Program-made: the position numbers and the translations under genes
Shown: piece after piece, positions 50,712 to 60,765 of the stretch
How the letters are laid out: every line of letters begins with the position of its first letter
Numbering within the stretch: position 1 is the first letter of the stretch
Assembly (NCBI GenBank): GCA_041690355.1
Contig: JAWLHK010000012.1
Span: 1-64,000, forward strand
DNA: 64,000 nt
From: a bacterium
GTDB taxonomy: Bacteria; J088; JAWLBW01
Direction: 5' to 3'
Notes under the pieces: model-generated
The model's database searches: none
Told to the model about the DNA's origin: nothing
Seen by the model: only the letters and a program-made list of their open reading frames with translations

Positions 50712-51233
50712 TCAGGCGGCCTCTTCGCGCAAATCTTTGTCTCGTTCCCGGCCGCTCTGTCCGCGCGCCAGGGCAATCTTTCCGGTACGGGCGATATCCT
50801 TGATCCCCATGGGTTTGAGGAGATCGAGCATCGCTTCAATCTTTTCCGAGTCTCCCGTCACTTCGATGATGAACGTGCGCGGACCCACGTCGACGATCTT
50901 TCCGCGAAAGATGTCGACGATGCGCAGAATCTCAGCCCGGTGCTTCTCCTCGGCGTTCACCTTGATGAGCGCCAGCTCGCGGTCGACGTACCGGAGCTCG
51001 GTCAGGTCGATGACCTTGATGGTGCAGACGAGCTTGTTCAGCTGCTTGACAATCTGCTCGATGACGGCGTCGCTGCCGCTGGTAACGATGGTCATCTTCG
51101 AGACCGTCGGGTCCAGCGTTTCGGCGACGCAGAGACTTTCGATGTTGTAGCCGCGACCGCTGAACAGGCCGGCAACACGGGTGAGCACGCCGGACTCGTT
51201 CTCGACGAGTACGGAAATCGTATGTTTGGTCAT
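50712..51233 (-). CDS. ilvN: Acetolactate synthase small subunit
   Basis: [41 protein letters not shown]. Confidence 0.97.
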   Translation of the reverse strand: MTKHTISVLVENESGVLTRVAGLFSGRGYNIESLCVAETLDPTVSKMTIVTSGSDAVIEQIVKQLNKLVCTIKVIDLTELRYVDRELALIKVNAEEKHRAEILRIVDIFRGKIVDVGPRTFIIEVTGDSEKIEAMLDLLKPMGIKDIARTGKIALARGQSGRERDKDLREEAA

Positions 51234-51407
51234 GCGCTTCTCCTCGGGGCGAACGATTACGGCGCAGGATCGCTGCGCCGACCATTCCACCGCACGCAAG
51301 TTACGGGAATCCTTTATTCTACCCGAGCGCCCGGCCCGCCCGCAAACCCCTGAGGCAGTGATGAGGGCATGCGTCGCCGGCCCGATTGCCGGGGGGACGC
51401 CGGTCAA

Positions 51408-52169
51408 TCAGACGGGGGGTGCCTTCGCCAGCGCCGTCTCGCTGCGCTCGAGCAGGGGGTGGTCGACCGGATCACGCCGTCCGGCCCGCCGGTCGGTCCG
51501 CAGCTGATACGTGCGTCCGTGGTGATCGAGCACTTCGCGCCAGCCCTCGAGTTCGAGGTGCGCCCACGCGGCCGGATCGACCGGCGGTGACCAGTGCACG
51601 CAGGCGCGGGAAAACGGCAGGGGGATGAGGAAGCGGTCCCACACCGGCACGGTGACAGACCGGCTGGCCGAGGCGCTGATCCAGATGACGGGCAGGTTCA
51701 GCTTGCGCGACAGGGCGGCCATGCCCAACTTGGAGACATAGCGGGGGCCGTGCGGGCCGTCGGGGGTAAAACCGAGGGTCTGGCCGCCCCCTTCGTAGAA
51801 GCGCTCCATCATCGCCTGGCGCGCCTGGGGGCCGCCGGCGTTGCTGCTGCCGCGGACGCTGCCGAGGCCGAAGCCGCCGATGACGCGCGCGATGAGTTCG
51901 CCGTTGCGGTGGCGCCCAATGAGGACGTGGGCCTTGCCCTTCTTCTCCCAGAGCCCCGGCATGAACAGCAGGCGGCCGTGCCAGAAGGCCATGATCACGG
52001 GGCGCCCGCCGTCCCAGAACGGGGTCACGTTTTCGCGCCCCTCGATCTCCCACCGCAGCGTTCGGTAGAGGAGCTTGAGCACGCCGATGAACACGGGGGG
52101 CAGGAGCCCCGCAATCACCCAGTCGAAGAGACGCTGGTAAGCCCGCTTCAGTCGCACGCTCGACAGCAT
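51408..52169 (-). CDS. Lysophospholipid acyltransferase family protein (DUF374)
   Basis: AFWHGR, VRGSS, TPDGPHGP, WDRFLIPLPFS. Confidence 0.88.
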   Translation of the reverse strand: MLSSVRLKRAYQRLFDWVIAGLLPPVFIGVLKLLYRTLRWEIEGRENVTPFWDGGRPVIMAFWHGRLLFMPGLWEKKGKAHVLIGRHRNGELIARVIGGFGLGSVRGSSNAGGPQARQAMMERFYEGGGQTLGFTPDGPHGPRYVSKLGMAALSRKLNLPVIWISASASRSVTVPVWDRFLIPLPFSRACVHWSPPVDPAAWAHLELEGWREVLDHHGRTYQLRTDRRAGRRDPVDHPLLERSETALAKAPPV

Positions 52170-52299
52170 AGCAGACCGGGGCGTTCCCGGCACCGGGCCG
52201 GCATGGCTGAGCGGAGGAGAGTGCTTTCGCGCCCGCCCTCCGCCCCGCCGAGGCCTGAAACGTATCCGTGACGGCCGGCGGGTGGCCGGCCGTCGGGTG

Positions 52300-53049
52300 T
52301 CAGAACGTGGTCCCGAGATTGACCGAGAAACTCCAGGTGTTGCCCGACGGCAGGTCGTTGTCGGCAACGTTGGTCAGGAACCGGTAGTCGGCCCGGCCGC
52401 TGAACGTGAAGTTCTCCACCGGATAGACCTGGACGCCCAGACTGACCGGGATGTGCATCGTCGACGTATCATCGTAGACCTGACGTCCGATTTCGAGTTC
52501 CTCTTCGCCGATCGTGCTCACATTGGCGAATCCGACGCCCCCCGAGACGAACGGCCGGGCAATCGACCGGTTGATCCAGTTCGCGCGCAGGGCGATTTCG
52601 GCCATGCTCCCCATCGCATAGTCGGCGATATCGGGATCGTTGTTGATGTCTTCATCCGGCGCGTTGATCAGCGAAATCAGGCCGGCCTCGAGCCCGATGA
52701 CGTTGTCGTTGTTGAAGCCGCCGCGCACGTTGCCCGTGAACCCGGCTTCGAGCTGGTCGCCCAGGTCGTGGGTGTAGCCGTTGGCGCCCGCCCCGATTTC
52801 AATCGTGACGTTGTCGGCGATACGCCCGCGCGTTTCGGGTTGGGGAACGAGCGTTTCTTCGATATCGGACCGGACGACATCCTCGTCGACCTGGATATTC
52901 GGCACGTCGCCCCCGGTGTCTTCTACCCGGACGCCGCCTCGGTCAAAAACCGTATCGTCTTGCTCGGTCGTCTGTGCGGCCGCCACGCCGGCTGTCAGCG
53001 GCGCTGCCAGCACGACCGCGGCCAGAACTGCGAAAATGTTACGAACCAT
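52300..53049 (-). CDS. Outer-membrane beta-barrel protein (OmpA/opacity-like)
   Basis: Signal peptide; PFVSGGVG; terminal LGTTF. Confidence 0.78.
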   Translation of the reverse strand: MVRNIFAVLAAVVLAAPLTAGVAAAQTTEQDDTVFDRGGVRVEDTGGDVPNIQVDEDVVRSDIEETLVPQPETRGRIADNVTIEIGAGANGYTHDLGDQLEAGFTGNVRGGFNNDNVIGLEAGLISLINAPDEDINNDPDIADYAMGSMAEIALRANWINRSIARPFVSGGVGFANVSTIGEEELEIGRQVYDDTSTMHIPVSLGVQVYPVENFTFSGRADYRFLTNVADNDLPSGNTWSFSVNLGTTF

Positions 53050-53159
53050 ACCGCTAGCCTCCTTGTTCAATCCGTACCCTTCACACTAGGGTGGGCAGCG
53101 GGGGTCGAACAATATCGGGGCGTCAGGGGTTCGCGGCCCGCGGGGCGGGCGGTCGCTGG

Positions 53160-54704
53160 TCAGGCCCGGGCGAGGTCGGGCGATTCTCCGCGCAGGTAGG
53201 CGTCGCGGTGCGCAATCAAATGATGCGCCGCCATGCGCGAGAAGGCCATGATGCTCTCCTGCGGATTCACGCCGAGGCTCGAGGGAAAAATCGAGCCGTC
53301 GGCCACGAAAAGCCCCGGCACGTCATGGGTCTCAAGGCGGGCGTTCACCACGCTGTCGCGCGGGTCGTCGCCCATGCGGCAGGTGCCCATCGGGTGAAAG
53401 GCGATGATCTCCAGATCCTGCGGGCGCACGCGCCGTTCACCCAGCTTGCTCAGCTCGGCCGGCGTGCGGATCTCCTCGATGCCGAAGACCGGGGGGAGCA
53501 GCTTCTGCGCACCAACTTCGAAATAGACGCGGCAGGCGATCTCGATCCCCTTCACGAACTTGTCGGTGTCCTGCTGGTTCAGGTTGTAGGTGACGAGCGG
53601 CCGATCGCCGACCCCCGGCCGTACGCGGCCGTGCGAGCTGTCGCTGACCATGACGCCGAACCCGGCGAGCCTGCTGTAGTCGGCCATGTACTCCTTGAGC
53701 CGCGCGCCGAAAGCCGGCAGCGCGAAGGCCAGAAAGGCGGGGGGTACGTAGAAGCCTTCGAACATGATCCCCTCGTCCTGGAACTCGTCCACGTAATAGG
53801 ATTGGGGGACGCCGCTCCAGCCGTCGATGACCCGGTCGAAAACGGCAATCACCTTGGCCGCGGGGTGGATGCGCAAGTTGCGCCCGACCTGGCCCGAGCG
53901 GTTGGCGAGGCCGTTCTTGAGCAGGAGCAGGGGCGAATAGATCGTTCCGCAGGCTACGATGACGACCGGCGCGTCGATGCGGAACGTGCCGCGGTGCGTG
54001 CCGCGCCCTTCGACCAGAATTCCCTCGACCCCGACGGCGCGCCCTTTCTCGGTGCGGATCTTGCGCACGCGAGCCGACGTGTAGAAGTCGGCGCCGTGCT
54101 CGACGGCCTGGGGAATGAAGTTGAGCGACATGCTCTGCTTGGCGCGGTTGGGGCAGCCGAACGCGCAGAGGCCGGCTCCCTTGCAGCCGGTGAAGTTCCG
54201 GCGCAGGGGCGCGCCGTGGTAGCCGAGCTTGCGCGAGCCCTCGGCGAAGAGCTGATTGTTCGCGCCCATGAGATCCCAGGGCACGTCCTGCACGTCGATG
54301 GCCTTTTCGACGGCGTCGAAGTGGGCCTGCATGTCGGCGTATTCGAGCCCCGTGAGGCCGAAGGTGCGCTTCCAGTGGGCGAAGACCTTCTCGGGGGTGC
54401 GGAAACAGGTACCCGAGTTGATCGTCGTCGTTCCCCCGAGCGTCATGCCAAGGGGGAGCGGGACTGGAGGGTTGCCGAGCGTCGCCGACATCGAGGCGTC
54501 GCGGTACATGTCGCGGGTCGCCGCCCAGGTGTCGCGGTTGAACTGATCGACTTCGTAATGCTGCCCCTCTTCGACGACGGCGACGCGCCAGCCGGCCGCC
54601 GCCAGTTCGCGGGCCATCGGGGCCCCCCCGGCGCCGCTGCCGACGATGACCACGTCGTACTGCGCGCGAAGTTCCGCCTCCCCTTTGCGGGTATCGATGA
54701 TCAT
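53160..54704 (-). CDS. GMC family oxidoreductase
   Basis: IVGSGAGG, LGGTTTINSG, VGRNLRIHP, HPMGTCRMG, DGSIFP..LGVNP. Confidence 0.95.
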   Translation of the reverse strand: MIIDTRKGEAELRAQYDVVIVGSGAGGAPMARELAAAGWRVAVVEEGQHYEVDQFNRDTWAATRDMYRDASMSATLGNPPVPLPLGMTLGGTTTINSGTCFRTPEKVFAHWKRTFGLTGLEYADMQAHFDAVEKAIDVQDVPWDLMGANNQLFAEGSRKLGYHGAPLRRNFTGCKGAGLCAFGCPNRAKQSMSLNFIPQAVEHGADFYTSARVRKIRTEKGRAVGVEGILVEGRGTHRGTFRIDAPVVIVACGTIYSPLLLLKNGLANRSGQVGRNLRIHPAAKVIAVFDRVIDGWSGVPQSYYVDEFQDEGIMFEGFYVPPAFLAFALPAFGARLKEYMADYSRLAGFGVMVSDSSHGRVRPGVGDRPLVTYNLNQQDTDKFVKGIEIACRVYFEVGAQKLLPPVFGIEEIRTPAELSKLGERRVRPQDLEIIAFHPMGTCRMGDDPRDSVVNARLETHDVPGLFVADGSIFPSSLGVNPQESIMAFSRMAAHHLIAHRDAYLRGESPDLARA

Positions 54705-55132
54705 GCGCGTTCTCCCTGGAATTTGTTGGCGTTCGGCTTGTATCCGCGGTACCCGATGGCGTCCATCACCCGCTCGTCACGGTAGAAAGGGAGCAGGAGC
54801 ACGGTGGAAAGGAGAATGTGGAAGCCGCGCAGCGCGTAGACGGAACTGTGACGCACGCGATCGAACACCCGGTTGCGCTTTTCGAGGGGCAGCCGCGAGA
54901 AACGCCCGAAGGCGCCGGCGTAGATCCACCCGAGGTATTCCAGCAGGAAGAGGATCACGCGAAGCAGCAGGCGCACCTCGAACGGTACCGAGGGGAGGTA
55001 TTCCCGGTTGACCCAGCCGAGGTAATCCACGTCGGCATGGCCGAGCTCGAAGGCCCCCCCGGGGGGAAGGATGCACTCGGCTGCTGCCTTCAGCGTGCGT
55101 GTCTCGCGGTTGTTAAGCGGTTTGATTTTCAT
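54701..55132 (-). CDS. Gluconate 2-dehydrogenase subunit 3-like partner protein
   Basis: TLKAAAECILP, FSRLPLEKR, FY...IGYRG; coupled to the GMC gene. Confidence 0.75.
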   Translation of the reverse strand: MKIKPLNNRETRTLKAAAECILPPGGAFELGHADVDYLGWVNREYLPSVPFEVRLLLRVILFLLEYLGWIYAGAFGRFSRLPLEKRNRVFDRVRHSSVYALRGFHILLSTVLLLPFYRDERVMDAIGYRGYKPNANKFQGERA

Positions 55133-55880
55133 CGGGCTCTCGCTCAAAAAAGCGTTCCATACCGAGGGTCATGTACTCGCGGGCCAGCCGGGCGGCGCGC
55201 ACGCCCTTTCGCGCGCGCACGGCCGCGAGGATGTCACGGTGGTACCGGCGGATTTCGCGCGGCTCGCCGGTCAGCAGGGCGAACATGCCGGCATTGTCGA
55301 GGTACGTCTGGCGCACGCTGTTGAGCAGCAGGCGGATGACGATGTTGCCGGACGCGTCGGCCAGCGTCTCGAAGAATTCGAAATCCTTGCGCTGCATGGC
55401 GGCATGATCGTCGAGCAGCCCGGCCTCTTCGTCGAGAATGCGCGTGAGCGCGTCGAGGTGCGCGGGCCGGGCGCGGTCGGCCGCGAGACGCACGAGCTCG
55501 GTGCCCACGAGGGCGCGAAACTCCAGTGCGCTGCGCAGGATCTCGGCCTGGGGGAGCTCGGTCTCGAAAAGGTACTTGAGGATCTGCAGACCGGCGCCGG
55601 TCATGAAGTCCTTGACCAGCGAGCCCTCGCCGTGCCGGGTTTCGATGAGGTCTTCGCGCTCGAGCACGCGCAGAGCTTCGCGCAGGCTGACGCGGGTGAC
55701 GCCCAGCTGCTGCGAGAGTTCGCGCTCGGGAGGCAGGAATTCTCCGGGCTTCCACGTACCGGCCAGAATACCCGTGCGCAGCTGGTCGACGATGCGCTCC
55801 GAGAGCCGCCGCTTGTCGATGGGCTGCACGGGGGGCTGGGCTGCGGGGGCGGAACTCGGGGTGGTCGGGCGATCTCTCAT
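55113..55880 (-). CDS. FadR/GntR family transcriptional regulator
   Basis: LPPERELSQQLGVTRVSLREAL...RHGEG; FCD domain ASGN. Confidence 0.93.
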   Translation of the reverse strand: MRDRPTTPSSAPAAQPPVQPIDKRRLSERIVDQLRTGILAGTWKPGEFLPPERELSQQLGVTRVSLREALRVLEREDLIETRHGEGSLVKDFMTGAGLQILKYLFETELPQAEILRSALEFRALVGTELVRLAADRARPAHLDALTRILDEEAGLLDDHAAMQRKDFEFFETLADASGNIVIRLLLNSVRQTYLDNAGMFALLTGEPREIRRYHRDILAAVRARKGVRAARLAREYMTLGMERFFEREPDENQTA

Positions 55881-55917
55881 TGGCACGTCTCGCTGGAATC
55901 CGGCTCGACCCACCAGG

Positions 55918-55974
55918 GTGGACTAGTGGCCTAGTGGTTAGACCACTTTACCACTGGGGGCGTGCGGGGGTCAA
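55918..55974 (-). promoter_or_regulatory. FadR-type operator and promoter
   Basis: AGTGGT-TAG-ACCACT palindrome (55933-55947) among GTGG/CCAC half-sites; TTGACC-N18-TAAAGT on minus strand. Confidence 0.75.
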
Positions 55975-56076
55975 GGAAATCGAGGGGGGAGTGAGGAGGG
56001 CGGGAAGGAAGAACCTGTGCTGCGCACGGGGCCAACGCCCTTGACGCGCGCGCGACGACCATGAACACTGCAGGAC

Positions 56077-56388
56077 ATGGCCGGTGAGACTCCGATTCAC
56101 ACGACCCCGGTGTCGTTCGACGACGCGCGCGGCACGCAGGTCGTCTTCATCTTCAACTCCATTCACCGGGTACTCAAGGCCGAGCAGACGTTGAAGCGCG
56201 CGGGCATCCCGTTTCGCCTGGTGCCCACGCCGCGGCCGCTCGTATCCGACTGCGGCATGGCCATCCTCGGCGCGCGCGAAGACGCAGAACGGATACACGC
56301 GTCCCTCGCAGGCGAGCGTCTGCGGATCGTGAAGCTGTTTGCGGGGGACGAAAACGGCTGGTGGCCGGTCAACCTGCCGGCTGCTTGA
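56077..56388 (+). CDS. DUF3343 domain protein
   Basis: FNSIHRVLKAE..LK....VPTPRPLVSDCGMAI. Confidence 0.8.
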   Translation: MAGETPIHTTPVSFDDARGTQVVFIFNSIHRVLKAEQTLKRAGIPFRLVPTPRPLVSDCGMAILGAREDAERIHASLAGERLRIVKLFAGDENGWWPVNLPAA

Positions 56389-56992
56389 GCGCGAGCAGCG
56401 TGCGGGCGCGCAGGCGGGTCTGCCCGTCGTCTTCGCCGATCAGGGCCGAGATGACCGCGACCGATCGCGCGCCGGCCCCCAGGACCGCCGAAGCCGTTTC
56501 GCCCGAGATGCCGCCGATGGCGACCACCGGAAGCCGCGATGCCGCGGCGGCAGCCGCCAGCATCTCGACGCCGGTCACCGGGTCGGGGTTCGCCTTGGAA
56601 CGGGTGGGGAAAACGGGACCGAATCCAAGATAGTCCACCGGTTCGGCCTGAGCCGCTTCGACCTGGGCAAGCGTGTGCGTCGAGAGGCCGATGGCGCCGC
56701 CGAATACCGAGCGTGCGTCACCGGGCGAAAGGTCGTTCTGCCCGAGATGCAGAATGTCGGCCTTGACCGCGGCGGCGATATCGGCCCGATCGTTCACGGC
56801 AAACAGCGCTCCGTGCGCACGGCACAGCGGCGCGACGTCCTGGGCAGCCGCATGGGTTTCGGCGGCGGTTCTGCCCTTGGCGCGCAGCTGGATGAGCCGG
56901 ACGCCGGCCTCGAGCAGCACTTCGGCGCGGTGCAACGTCTGTTCCCGCGTGTCCAGATCGACGATGGCGTAGAGGGGCGGCAGGGCAATCAT
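56369..56992 (-). CDS. thiE: Thiamine-phosphate synthase
   Basis: IQLRAK, VNDR, HLGQND, GLSTH, GPVFPTRSK, VAIGGI. Confidence 0.95.
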   Translation of the reverse strand: MIALPPLYAIVDLDTREQTLHRAEVLLEAGVRLIQLRAKGRTAAETHAAAQDVAPLCRAHGALFAVNDRADIAAAVKADILHLGQNDLSPGDARSVFGGAIGLSTHTLAQVEAAQAEPVDYLGFGPVFPTRSKANPDPVTGVEMLAAAAAASRLPVVAIGGISGETASAVLGAGARSVAVISALIGEDDGQTRLRARTLLALKQPAG

Positions 56993-58458
56993 GACTTCGC
57001 CTTGGCCTGCTTGAGGTCGATGCCGCAATCCTGGATTTTCTTACGGAGCGTGTTCCGATTGATGCCCAGAATCTCGGCGGCCCGGATCTGGTTGCCGCGG
57101 GTTTCGCGCAGCACGAGCTCGAGCATCGGCTTTTCGACGCGGCTCATGATCTGGTCATAAAGGTTCGTGACTTCGGTCGTCGAAACGCGGGCGATGAACT
57201 GCTCGAGCTTGCGGTAGACGATTTCGTCGAAGCTCTTGTCGAACCAGTCGTCGCCCACGGGCTGCGGGGGCGGCTGCGCCGCACCGGTCGCAGGGACGGC
57301 GCCGAAGTCGTCGGCGGTCAGGGTCTGGCCGGTCGAGAGAAGCGCAACACGCTTCACGACGTTTTCGAGTTCGCGCACGTTGCCCGGCCAGTTCTGGCGT
57401 TTGAGCCATTCGATGGCCGAGGGAGAAAGGCGCTTCTGGCCGTAGCCGAGCTCCTGGCCGTACTTGCGCAGGAAGTACCCGGCCAGGAGGGGGATGTCTT
57501 CACGCCGCTCGCGCAGCGGCGGGAGATCGATGGGGACGACGTTAAGCCGGTAATACAGATCTTCGCGGAACGTGCCGGCGCCGACCATCTCGGCGAGGTT
57601 ACGGTTGGTGGCCGCAATGACCCGCACGTCGACTTTCTGCGAGCCCGCGCCGCCGAGGGGCGCGATCTCACGCTCCTGCAGGGCACGCAGAATCTTCACC
57701 TGGAGGTCGGCCGGCATGTCGCCGATTTCGTCGAGAAACAGGGTGCCGCCGTCGGCCAGTTTGAACTTGCCCTCCTTGCGCTGGAAGGCCCCCGTGAACG
57801 AGCCGCGCTCATGGCCGAAGAGCTCGCTCTCGAGCAGCTCGTGCGGAATGGCCGCCGCGTTGATGGTGACGAAAGGACCGCCCGCGCGCGACGAGTGGTA
57901 GTGGATGGCCCGGGCGACGAGCTCCTTGCCGGTACCGCTCTCGCCGGTCACGAGCACGGTCACGTCGCTTGCCGCGACCTTACCGACCATCTTGTACACG
58001 TCACGCATGCGCGGGCTGTCGCCGATGATCTGCTCGCCCGGTTCGAACTGGCGCTCGACGGCGGCGCGCAGGCGCACCAGTTCTTCCTGCACCTTCACGC
58101 TGTTGCCCGCCTTGTCGGCGAGCAGAAGCACCTCGTCGAGCTCGAACGGCTTGGTGATGTAGTCGAAGGCTCCCGCCTTCATGGCCTCGATGGCGTTCTT
58201 GACGGTGTTCTGCGCAGTCATGACGATGATCGCCGGCGCCTGCGGTTTCCCCTTCACCGAGCGCACCAGCGAAAGGCCGTCGGCCCCCGGCATGATGATG
58301 TCGACGAAGGCGACCTGAAAAGCCTCGCGCTCCATGGCGGCCCGCGCTTCTTCGGCCGACGCGACGCTGGTCACCTCGTGCCCCCCCTTGCCAAGCGCGC
58401 GCTCGAGCACGAAGCGCAGACTGGGATCGTCGTCGACAATCAGAATACGGAAGCCCAT
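56989..58458 (-). CDS. ntrC: Sigma54-dependent response regulator NtrC
   Basis: Receiver; GESGTGKE; ESELFGHERGSFTGA; Fis-like HTH GNQIRAAEILGINRNTLRKK. Confidence 0.88.
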   Translation of the reverse strand: MGFRILIVDDDPSLRFVLERALGKGGHEVTSVASAEEARAAMEREAFQVAFVDIIMPGADGLSLVRSVKGKPQAPAIIVMTAQNTVKNAIEAMKAGAFDYITKPFELDEVLLLADKAGNSVKVQEELVRLRAAVERQFEPGEQIIGDSPRMRDVYKMVGKVAASDVTVLVTGESGTGKELVARAIHYHSSRAGGPFVTINAAAIPHELLESELFGHERGSFTGAFQRKEGKFKLADGGTLFLDEIGDMPADLQVKILRALQEREIAPLGGAGSQKVDVRVIAATNRNLAEMVGAGTFREDLYYRLNVVPIDLPPLRERREDIPLLAGYFLRKYGQELGYGQKRLSPSAIEWLKRQNWPGNVRELENVVKRVALLSTGQTLTADDFGAVPATGAAQPPPQPVGDDWFDKSFDEIVYRKLEQFIARVSTTEVTNLYDQIMSRVEKPMLELVLRETRGNQIRAAEILGINRNTLRKKIQDCGIDLKQAKAKS

Positions 58459-58493
58459 GGTCACACCTTCTTTCGCTTCATTCGCCGTGGCAC

Positions 58494-59597
58494 TCATGCC
58501 GGTCCTCCGTCGCCTGCAGGCGCTCCCGATGCGGCCCCGCGCGAGGGGCCCTCGAGGGGGAGCACCATGGTGAACACCGTTTTTCCCTCGCCGCTGTCGA
58601 CTTCGAGCACACCGCCGTGCTCACGCAGAAGGCGCAGGCTGATGGCCAGCCCGAGCCCCGTGCCGCTCGTCTTGGTCGTGAAAAACGGCGTGAAGAGTTT
58701 TTCCTTGGCCTCGGCGCTCAACCCGGGTCCGCCGTTCTGGATCTCGACGTTGACGACCCGCCGCGCGGCGATGCGCCGGCCGCCGATCTCGATGCGGGTG
58801 CGCACGACGACCGGCTCGGCGGGCGGAGACGCCTCGAACGCGTTCTTGATCAGATTGACCGCCACCTGCTGCAGGGCATCGCTGTCGGCCACGACGTCGG
58901 GGAGCGACGGATCGTAGTCCCGGTGCACTTCGCGGCCCGAGAAGGCGGGGTCGCGCAACAGGGTTTCGAGCACGGCGTCGAGCAGGCGGTGAATGTTCAC
59001 GGGCGCCATGTTGAGCGCGCGCGGATTGCCGAAATCGAGCAGTTCTTCGAGCAGGCGATTGATGCGGCGCACGTCCCGGTCGATGACCGCGAGGCACTCC
59101 CGCGCGTCGTCGGCGAGCGCTTCGGATCGCAGCAGCTGCGCCGCGCCGAGAATGCCCCCGAGCGGATTCTTGATTTCGTGCGCCAGGCCCGCGGCAAGAA
59201 TCCCGAGCTGGCGCAGACGATCTTCGCGGCGCATGGCTTCGCTCATGTGCGCGAGCGAGCTCTCGTCGCGGATCTGCACGACCGTCCCCGACACGGCCCC
59301 CTCGGCAGAAAACAGCGGCGTCACGACGACGGTCACGAGCACGTTCTCGCCGTTTCCCGCGCCGCGCGCGAGGGGAACCATGTAGTAGACCTGTTTGCCC
59401 GCCTGGGTCATGGCGCGGGCGAGCGCTTCGGAAAGCCAGGGATTGGCCGCGACGAGCTCGCGCCAGGTCTCATGGAAAACCTCGGCGTCGCCGCCCAGCA
59501 GCCCGGCGGCCGCGGGGTTCGCGAACACGAGCCCGCCGGCCGGGTCAAAGGCGAGCACGGTCTCTTCGAGCCCCTCGAGAATCACGCGGGGCGGCAT
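58494..59597 (-). CDS. ntrB: PAS sensor histidine kinase NtrB
   Basis: AHEIKNPLGGILGAAQLL, DYDPSLP, NLIKNA, FTPFFTTK..GTGLGL. Confidence 0.88.
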   Translation of the reverse strand: MPPRVILEGLEETVLAFDPAGGLVFANPAAAGLLGGDAEVFHETWRELVAANPWLSEALARAMTQAGKQVYYMVPLARGAGNGENVLVTVVVTPLFSAEGAVSGTVVQIRDESSLAHMSEAMRREDRLRQLGILAAGLAHEIKNPLGGILGAAQLLRSEALADDARECLAVIDRDVRRINRLLEELLDFGNPRALNMAPVNIHRLLDAVLETLLRDPAFSGREVHRDYDPSLPDVVADSDALQQVAVNLIKNAFEASPPAEPVVVRTRIEIGGRRIAARRVVNVEIQNGGPGLSAEAKEKLFTPFFTTKTSGTGLGLAISLRLLREHGGVLEVDSGEGKTVFTMVLPLEGPSRGAASGAPAGDGGPA

Positions 59598-59604
59598 GGG
59601 CCAC

Positions 59605-60678
59605 TCAACCCCAGCCGCGCTCTTCCCACCAGGCCTGCTCCTGGGCATCCTCGGCCTCCATTTTCTGGGGTTCCACGGGGAGCGCTTCGCTCCAGCGGCG
59701 CTCATATTCCGCAATGAAACCACGTACGTCATCGGCCGCCTGCAGGGTGCCCACGCGGGCGCGCAGCTCGCGCACGTTGCGCATCCCCTTGCCGTACCAG
59801 AGCAGGTGCTTGCGGAACTCGCGCACGGCGCGGAACTCGCCGTGGAATTCCACATACATCTCGAAATGTTCGCGCAGCAGCGCCGCCCGCTCGGCCGCGG
59901 GGATCTCGTCGACCGCCTCGCCGCGGAAGAGCGCGCGGATCTGGCGGAAGATCCACGGGCGGCCGGTAGCGCCGCGGCCGATCATGACGAGCCCGCGCGG
60001 ATGCTCGCGATGGCGCGCCATTGCCTGCTCGGGGGTCACGACGTCACCGCTGCCGATGATGGGGATCTTCACGCCGTCCTGCGTGGCGGCCACGAGCGAC
60101 CAGTCGGCCGTTCCCTCGTAGCCCTGGGCGCGCGTGCGCGGATGCAGCGTGACGGCGTCGGCCCCTTCGCTTTCGGCCACACGGGCGATTTCGGGGGCGT
60201 TGACCGTCCCCTCGTCCCAGCCGGCGCGAATCTTGATCGTGACCGGCAGGCGGGTGCGCGCGCGGATGCCCGCCACGATCTTCCCGAGTCGCGGCGGATC
60301 GCAAAGCAGGGCCGCGCCGGCGCCGGTCTTCACGACCTTCTTCACGGGGCAGCCCATGTTCACGTCGACCAGATCGGCGAGCCCTTCCCCCTCGAGGCGC
60401 GCGGCGGCTTCCCCCAGTTCCGCCGGATCGTTGCCGAACAGCTGCACGCCCAGCGGCCGCTCTTCGGGAAGGCTCGCCAGATACCGCTGGGTCCCCTTGC
60501 CGCCGCGCAGAAGTCCCTTGGCGCTGACCATCTCGGTAAACGCGAGCGCGGCTCCTTCGCGCCGGCAGAGCAGGCGAAAGGGGAGATCGCTGACGCCGGC
60601 CATGGGCGCCACGACGAACGGATTGTCGAGCACCAACGGACCGATGCGGAACGATTTCTGCGGGTTGGATTCGGACAT
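59605..60678 (-). CDS. dusB: tRNA-dihydrouridine synthase B
   Basis: APMAG, TEMVS, NMGCP, KIRAGW, HPRT, MIGRG. Confidence 0.93.
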   Translation of the reverse strand: MSESNPQKSFRIGPLVLDNPFVVAPMAGVSDLPFRLLCRREGAALAFTEMVSAKGLLRGGKGTQRYLASLPEERPLGVQLFGNDPAELGEAAARLEGEGLADLVDVNMGCPVKKVVKTGAGAALLCDPPRLGKIVAGIRARTRLPVTIKIRAGWDEGTVNAPEIARVAESEGADAVTLHPRTRAQGYEGTADWSLVAATQDGVKIPIIGSGDVVTPEQAMARHREHPRGLVMIGRGATGRPWIFRQIRALFRGEAVDEIPAAERAALLREHFEMYVEFHGEFRAVREFRKHLLWYGKGMRNVRELRARVGTLQAADDVRGFIAEYERRWSEALPVEPQKMEAEDAQEQAWWEERGWG

Positions 60679-60680
60679 TT

Positions 60681-60726
60681 TGCCTAAAAGATAGGCATTG
60701 TACAGCAGCGAAGATGGATGCCGCAA
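60681..60726 (-). promoter_or_regulatory. dusB-ntrBC promoter with perfect NtrC-like site
   Basis: TTGCGG-N18-TACAAT; TGCCT-N7-AGGCA at 60681-60697. Confidence 0.7.
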
Positions 60727-60765
60727 TGAGTCGGGGCTAAGAGACCGGCTCCCCCGATGTTGGAT

